A stretch of DNA of 64,000 nucleotides. Source: Carcharhinus longimanus. Its lineage: Eukaryota. How positions within the stretch are numbered: the stretch's first letter is position 1; every line of letters starts with the position of its first letter. Shown here one piece after another: positions 63,268-64,000 of this stretch. Below the pieces are notes generated by a model that made no database searches, was not told the origin of the DNA, and saw only the letters and a program-made list of their open reading frames with translations. Location of the stretch: NCBI GenBank assembly GCA_030264375.1, contig JASCQW010000122.1:33480933-33544932 (forward strand), in the 5' to 3' direction. Both the position numbers and the translations under genes were made by a program.

Positions 63268-64000
63268 NNNNNNNNNNNNNNNNNNNNNNNNNNNNNNNNN
63301 NNNNNNNNNNNNNNNNNNNNNNNNNNNNNNNNNNNNNNNNNNNNNNNNNNNNNNNNNNNNNNNNNNNNNNNNNNNNNNNNNNNNNNNNNNNNNNNNNNNN
63401 NNNNNNNNNNNNNNNNNNNNNNNNNNNNNNNNNNNNNNNNNNNNNNNNNNNNNNNNNNNNNNNNNNNNNNNNNNNNNNNNNNNNNNNNNNNNNNNNNNNN
63501 NNNNNNNNNNNNNNNNNNNNNNNNNNNNNNNNNNNNNNNNNNNNNNNNNNNNNNNNNNNNNNNNNNNNNNNNNNNNNNNNNNNNNNNNNNNNNNNNNNNN
63601 NNNCTGGTCAATATTTCTGGATAATAGAAAACAAATTACATGAAGATTGGGAGAAACGAAAGAACACTCCAGTATATTGCAGTATTTCCAAGTTGATGGT
63701 ATATTAATTAAGTTGCTGTTTCCTTTAGGCTACAAAGAGGAAAAGCAGCATTGCTCCGTTTAAAAATTAGCAAAGCTGTGACAGGAGCATTTATTTTCAC
63801 AGTACCTTCCCAAATTGCCATCCTTCAAATATAAGCTTCTGTAGTGATTGTTGAGAGGTCGACTGACCTGAGGAAGGAGAAATTACAGTCAAACTTATCC
63901 ACTTTTCTCCTAATAATCTCATCACTGCTCTTACTGAGGACAGGTAACTTTCTACAGATCAGGGACTGGTCTCAGTGTGTTTCAGTACAAGGCTGCTATA

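Noticed and set aside
1-64000. CRISPR arrays, operons or other prokaryotic systems
   Set aside because: No regularly spaced repeats and no gene-dense coding DNA; the content is vertebrate intronic or intergenic.

Overview
This is eukaryotic, repeat-rich draft-assembly DNA with about ten N-gaps. The repeat content points to a shark or other cartilaginous fish: HE1-type V-SINEs, Deu-domain SINEs, CR1/L2/RTE/Rex1 LINE fragments, Penelope termini, Harbinger fossils and MITEs, and Gypsy remnants. The only host coding sequence I can recognise is one 140-nt exon at 57430-57569 (+), absent from the ORF track, encoding the N-terminal zinc-binding segment of MGMT (O6-methylguanine-DNA methyltransferase). 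Most of the window is therefore probably MGMT intron (or upstream DNA), in a locus that in other vertebrates carries long-range enhancers for neighbouring EBF3. The other ORF-track entries are chance ORFs, N-gap artefacts or transposon fragments. Most interesting: the MGMT exon has no ATG; two Penelope-associated hammerhead ribozyme motifs occur, one near-intact inside a 34-bp inverted repeat; a ~2.3-kb segment (about 2560-4900) looks like a decayed coding sequence I cannot assign; a local duplicate of a transposase fragment sits in a MITE; and several blocks look like conserved non-coding elements. All assignments are by eye, with no database searches, and repeat boundaries are approximate unless stated.
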